A stretch of DNA of 64,000 bases, taken from the NCBI GenBank assembly GCA_965279035.1, contig OZ257142.1:1856001-1920000 (forward strand), in the 5' to 3' direction. Of the stretch, positions 60,623-64,000 are shown one piece after another. The position numbers were made by a program, and so were the translations under genes. Under the pieces are notes generated by a model. It did no database searches and was not told the origin of the DNA. It saw only the letters and a list, made by a program, of their open reading frames with translations. The DNA comes from Bacteroidia bacterium. GTDB lineage: Bacteria; Bacteroidota; Bacteroidia; M30B66. Numbering within the stretch: the stretch's first letter is position 1; each line of letters begins with the position of its first letter.

Positions 60623-61080
60623 AACGTATTGCTGTATTTCCAGGTTCTTTCGATCCTTTTACAATCGGTCACGAAAGCATTGTTCGACGCGCGCTTGATT
60701 TGTTTGATGAAATCATCATTGCTGTTGGAATCAATTCAACAAAAGCCAATCTTTTTAGTATAGAACAACGCATGGCTTGGATTAAAGCAGTGTTTCAAGA
60801 TAGCAATCAAGTGAAAGTCGACAGTTATGAAGGCTTAACGGTTGAATACTGTAAACGACAAAATGCTCGTTACATACTTCGTGGATTGCGCACTTCGGCC
60901 GATTTTGGATTTGAACGCGGCATTGCACAAGTCAATAAAGCCATGGTGCCGAGTGTGGAAACAATATTCATTTTGGCTTTACCCGAACATTCAGCAATTA
61001 GTTCTACCATTATTCGTGATATCATCCGCAATGGAGGAAATGCACAGCCTTTTGTCCCGAAAGCAGTTCAGTTTGCGTAA
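60619..61080 (+). CDS. coaD: Pantetheine-phosphate adenylyltransferase
   Basis: FPGSFDPFTIGH, RGLR..DF..E, ISST. Confidence 0.97.
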   Translation: MKRIAVFPGSFDPFTIGHESIVRRALDLFDEIIIAVGINSTKANLFSIEQRMAWIKAVFQDSNQVKVDSYEGLTVEYCKRQNARYILRGLRTSADFGFERGIAQVNKAMVPSVETIFILALPEHSAISSTIIRDIIRNGGNAQPFVPKAVQFA

Positions 61081-62422
61081 ACTCACCATACTGCTCGCTT
61101 TTGCATTGAGTGGTTTGAATCTTACTGCTCAAAAAGTAGGAGTGCTGGAAGTTCATTTTCCCATCTTTCCAAATTATAAGCTTTCACTGATTTCCTACCC
61201 CGGAATTCAATCATTAAGTATCAATAAAACAATACAACTTGATACCAACGGATTTGCTACGTTTTCTGTTGAAACTTCTTTAGATGCGGCCTATTTTGAA
61301 GTATTTCTGCTCGAAACGGATTGGTATTTCGAGGTGTATATTCCAGCAGGTGATACATTAAGAGTAGGCTTGAATAAACAGAATAATACGGTTGTTTTCC
61401 CAAAAGATCCTGCTTATCGGAATCAGCGAATAGTACAGTTAAATGCTTTTGTTGATGATGAGTTGAATCGATTTTACTCAAGCAAAAGAACAAAAGCCGA
61501 TAAATCCAGATTAGTCCTCTTGGCCGATTCGGCACGAATAGCAACAAAAGAAAGTAAGGATTCCTATTTACGAGTTTGGGCACAATTGGTTTTGGCAGAT
61601 ATGGATGAAGCCTCTGGACTTATTTCCCGCCAGAAATTACTCGTTTCACTCATTCCATATTTATATCCTTCACCCGGAAATCCAGCTTGGATGAAGGCTT
61701 TCAGTCATTTTTTCGATTCCGATTTACTCAATCGAATGGCAAGTAAACAAGGACTTTCATACCGAAACGCCATCGTATCAAATGATTATAATGGACTAAA
61801 GCACTTATATCAAGAAGATTCTTTACTTAAAGGAAATCCCGAATTAACCAATTGGTTGTTGCTAAAAGGCATTTATGATCTTGAGAATATCCATGGTAAT
61901 AAATTGGAGCAATCATACAGTCTACTTTTAAAAATGAAGCTTGATTCGAGTTTGTCTCCATTGATTCAACAAGAAGTGAATCGAATTATAGCTAGCGTTC
62001 AGCCTAAAATCAAAGGAGAACCATTTCCCGATTTAGGCTGTGGAGATCAACCTCAGTGGAATCAAAAGAAATGGAATGGCTTGCCCGTTTTTCTAGCTAT
62101 TTTGCCTAATGATTCTCCCAATTCGCAATTAATTATTCGTCAATTTGCTGCGTACCAAGTCAAGTATGGTAAGGAAATGCATTTTGCAATTCTTCTTCCT
62201 ACGGAGGATGATAAAGAACTCAACTTGCTTCAAACCCAATTTCCCGGATTGAAATTGGGAAGTATGAATACTTGTCGAGAGCAGATTCAGGCCATTCTAC
62301 CCATTCTCAATCGGACAAACTTTATTTTGATAGATCGAGAAGGAAAGGTGTATCAAAATCCAGCCGAAGGACCTGAAACCGATGTAGAATCGGCGTTTTT
62401 GGGATTAATCAAACAACCTTAA
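61073..62422 (+). CDS. Exported hypothetical protein with C-terminal thioredoxin-like fold (TlpA-like, no CxxC)
   Basis: Likely TTG start overlapping the coaD stop (LRKLTILLAFALSG signal); GEPFPD and FILIDREGKV TlpA-like motifs. Confidence 0.65.
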   Translation: MRKLTILLAFALSGLNLTAQKVGVLEVHFPIFPNYKLSLISYPGIQSLSINKTIQLDTNGFATFSVETSLDAAYFEVFLLETDWYFEVYIPAGDTLRVGLNKQNNTVVFPKDPAYRNQRIVQLNAFVDDELNRFYSSKRTKADKSRLVLLADSARIATKESKDSYLRVWAQLVLADMDEASGLISRQKLLVSLIPYLYPSPGNPAWMKAFSHFFDSDLLNRMASKQGLSYRNAIVSNDYNGLKHLYQEDSLLKGNPELTNWLLLKGIYDLENIHGNKLEQSYSLLLKMKLDSSLSPLIQQEVNRIIASVQPKIKGEPFPDLGCGDQPQWNQKKWNGLPVFLAILPNDSPNSQLIIRQFAAYQVKYGKEMHFAILLPTEDDKELNLLQTQFPGLKLGSMNTCREQIQAILPILNRTNFILIDREGKVYQNPAEGPETDVESAFLGLIKQP

Positions 62423-63044
62423 GCGATTTTCTAGCTTGAAGTACATCGATGATGGAAGGGTAGGTATTGTCTTCTACTTCTTGCCATTGTTGAGGTGTTT
62501 TCCAAACAGCTTCGGTTATATCTTCTTCCGTTTGAGGAATGGTAGGCCATGCTTTTAAGGTAGTGAACCGATACCATACTGTTTCTTTCAATACGTCTTT
62601 TCCTTTATGAAAATAGGTATGCCAGGTTCTGCATAGTTCACCCATATTGCTTAAATCGGATATGCCTGTTTCTTCTTCAATTTCACGTTGTGCAGCATTG
62701 GGAAGATTCTCATCGGGTTCTACTTTTCCTTTCGGTAAATCCCAACAACCCAATCGAAAAATAAATAATACTTGATGATCGGGCGTTTCTACAATTCCTC
62801 CAGCAGCCATAATAAAGAGATATTCTGATTTCAAGAATGCGAGTCCTTGCTTCATATCGAGAGCTCTCATAGAAAGTTGCTGACATTCATCCGAAGCTGT
62901 TTTCAAGTGATAAATTGCCTCAAACAGCTGTTCTTTAGAGGTTCCTGTATCAATAATTAAATTATTGGCTTGTGGTTGAATGCCTTGCGAATTGTTGAAA
63001 AATAAGGCTTTTCGGTTCAAGTAAACAGCGTATTTTTGCGTCAT
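62409..63044 (-). CDS. NUDIX hydrolase
   Basis: WDLPKGKVE...AAQREIEEETG Nudix box. Confidence 0.92.
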   Translation of the reverse strand: MTQKYAVYLNRKALFFNNSQGIQPQANNLIIDTGTSKEQLFEAIYHLKTASDECQQLSMRALDMKQGLAFLKSEYLFIMAAGGIVETPDHQVLFIFRLGCWDLPKGKVEPDENLPNAAQREIEEETGISDLSNMGELCRTWHTYFHKGKDVLKETVWYRFTTLKAWPTIPQTEEDITEAVWKTPQQWQEVEDNTYPSIIDVLQARKSLKVV

Positions 63045-63699
63045 GCTTTACAATACTGATACTGCCGCACAGTTGGCAGATTTTCTATTACAAATTAAAG
63101 CCATTAAGCTTCAGCCATCCAAACCATTTATTTGGGCATCAGGATGGAAGTCTCCTATATATTGTGATAATCGTCTCACTCTTTCATTTCCTAAGGTGCG
63201 AACGTTTATTCGTCAAGAGTTGGCAAAAGCAATTTCCGACAAGTTTGAAAAGCCGGATGTGATAGCTGGTGTTGCTACTGGTGGAATTGCGCATGGAGCT
63301 TTGGTAGCACAAGAGCTTGGATTACCTTTTATCTATGTTCGTTCTGCGCCTAAAGGTCATGGAATGGAGAATTTGGTTGAAGGGAAAATTGAACCAGGTC
63401 AAACCGTTGTGGTTGTGGAAGATTTAATTTCTACCGGACAAAGCAGTTTGAAAGTAGTAAAAGCATTGCGCGATGCCGGATGTATTGTGAAAGGACTTGT
63501 TTCTATTTTTGATTATGGGTTTGACGTTGCCGTTGCTGAATTCAAAGAAGAGAAATGTACTTTTTACAGTTTGAGCAATTACGATAGTTTACTTGAACAG
63601 GCTGTCAAAAATAAATATGTTGCCACCGAAGAGATCGAACAACTCCGCAGTTGGAGAGATAATCCGGCTAGTTGGGGTGCAACATTGAAAATCGCCTGA
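63043..63699 (+). CDS. pyrE: Orotate phosphoribosyltransferase
   Basis: WASGWKSPIYCDNR, VVVEDLISTGQS PRPP motif. Confidence 0.97.
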   Translation: MLYNTDTAAQLADFLLQIKAIKLQPSKPFIWASGWKSPIYCDNRLTLSFPKVRTFIRQELAKAISDKFEKPDVIAGVATGGIAHGALVAQELGLPFIYVRSAPKGHGMENLVEGKIEPGQTVVVVEDLISTGQSSLKVVKALRDAGCIVKGLVSIFDYGFDVAVAEFKEEKCTFYSLSNYDSLLEQAVKNKYVATEEIEQLRSWRDNPASWGATLKIA

Positions 63700-63704
63700 A
63701 TTGT

Positions 63705-64000
63705 ATGAAACTGGAAACAAGCTGGAAAGCCGTTCAAGCAAGTCCTGAGCAAGTCTTTGCATTTTTATCGGATATGAATAATATGCAAAAGCTAATGCCT
63801 GAGCAAGTTATTAATTGGACTTCAGATGCTGAAGCGTGTCAGTTTACAATAAAAGGAATGGCAGATCTTGGATTAAAGATCATTGAACGAAATGCCAATT
63901 CATCCATCAAAATGAGTTCTCATGGGAAAACACCTTTCCCTTTTACTTTGAATGTTGGAATTCGGCCTCTAGATCAAGTTTCTGAGGCTCAATTGCAATT
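63705..64000 (+). CDS. SRPBCC/START-like protein (3'-truncated by window edge; absent from the ORF track)
   Basis: Open frame MKLETSWKAVQASPEQVFAFLSDMNNMQKLMPEQ... starting 5 nt after the pyrE stop. Confidence 0.75.
   Translation, partial: MKLETSWKAVQASPEQVFAFLSDMNNMQKLMPEQVINWTSDAEACQFTIKGMADLGLKIIERNANSSIKMSSHGKTPFPFTLNVGIRPLDQVSEAQLQ

Noticed and set aside
60842-61072. N-terminal 77 aa of the 526-aa ORF
   Set aside because: Overlaps coaD out of frame; the signal peptide begins at TTG 61073

Overview
64-kb AT-rich chromosomal segment from a Bacteroidota bacterium, judged from many TAnnTTTG -7 promoter elements, T9SS C-terminal sorting domains, and the recD-like/DUF3822-rsmD-coaD and NUDIX/pyrE synteny. 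I saw no rRNA, tRNA, CRISPR array, prophage or reverse transcriptase. About half the window encodes T9SS-secreted surface proteins. These include two giant Gly/Ser/Thr/Asn-rich adhesin-like proteins, three paralogous lamin-tail-domain (LTD)/Calx-beta-like proteins, a type-B CTD repeat protein and an OB-fold/PLD (2x HKD) enzyme. The strongest candidate for an undescribed system is a tightly coupled five-gene operon at 50.8-57.6 kb: PLD-family enzyme, LTD lipoprotein, SdiA-regulated/YjiK propeller, OprO/P-like porin and LTD T9SS protein. It sits inside a 25-kb LTD-rich secretome cluster with TTAAC(A/C)T boxes, which I infer to be an extracellular DNA/organophosphate scavenging system. Non-coding highlights are a stand-alone ~140-nt unit at 41.84-41.97 kb with a 12-nt Shine-Dalgarno, a 15-codon ORF and a terminator; a structured rhlE leader; a candidate sRNA and a pseudoknotted element at 20.3-20.8 kb; and a complete IS1595 with TIRs and an 8-bp target duplication. 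All family assignments come from motif recognition by eye, not from database searches.
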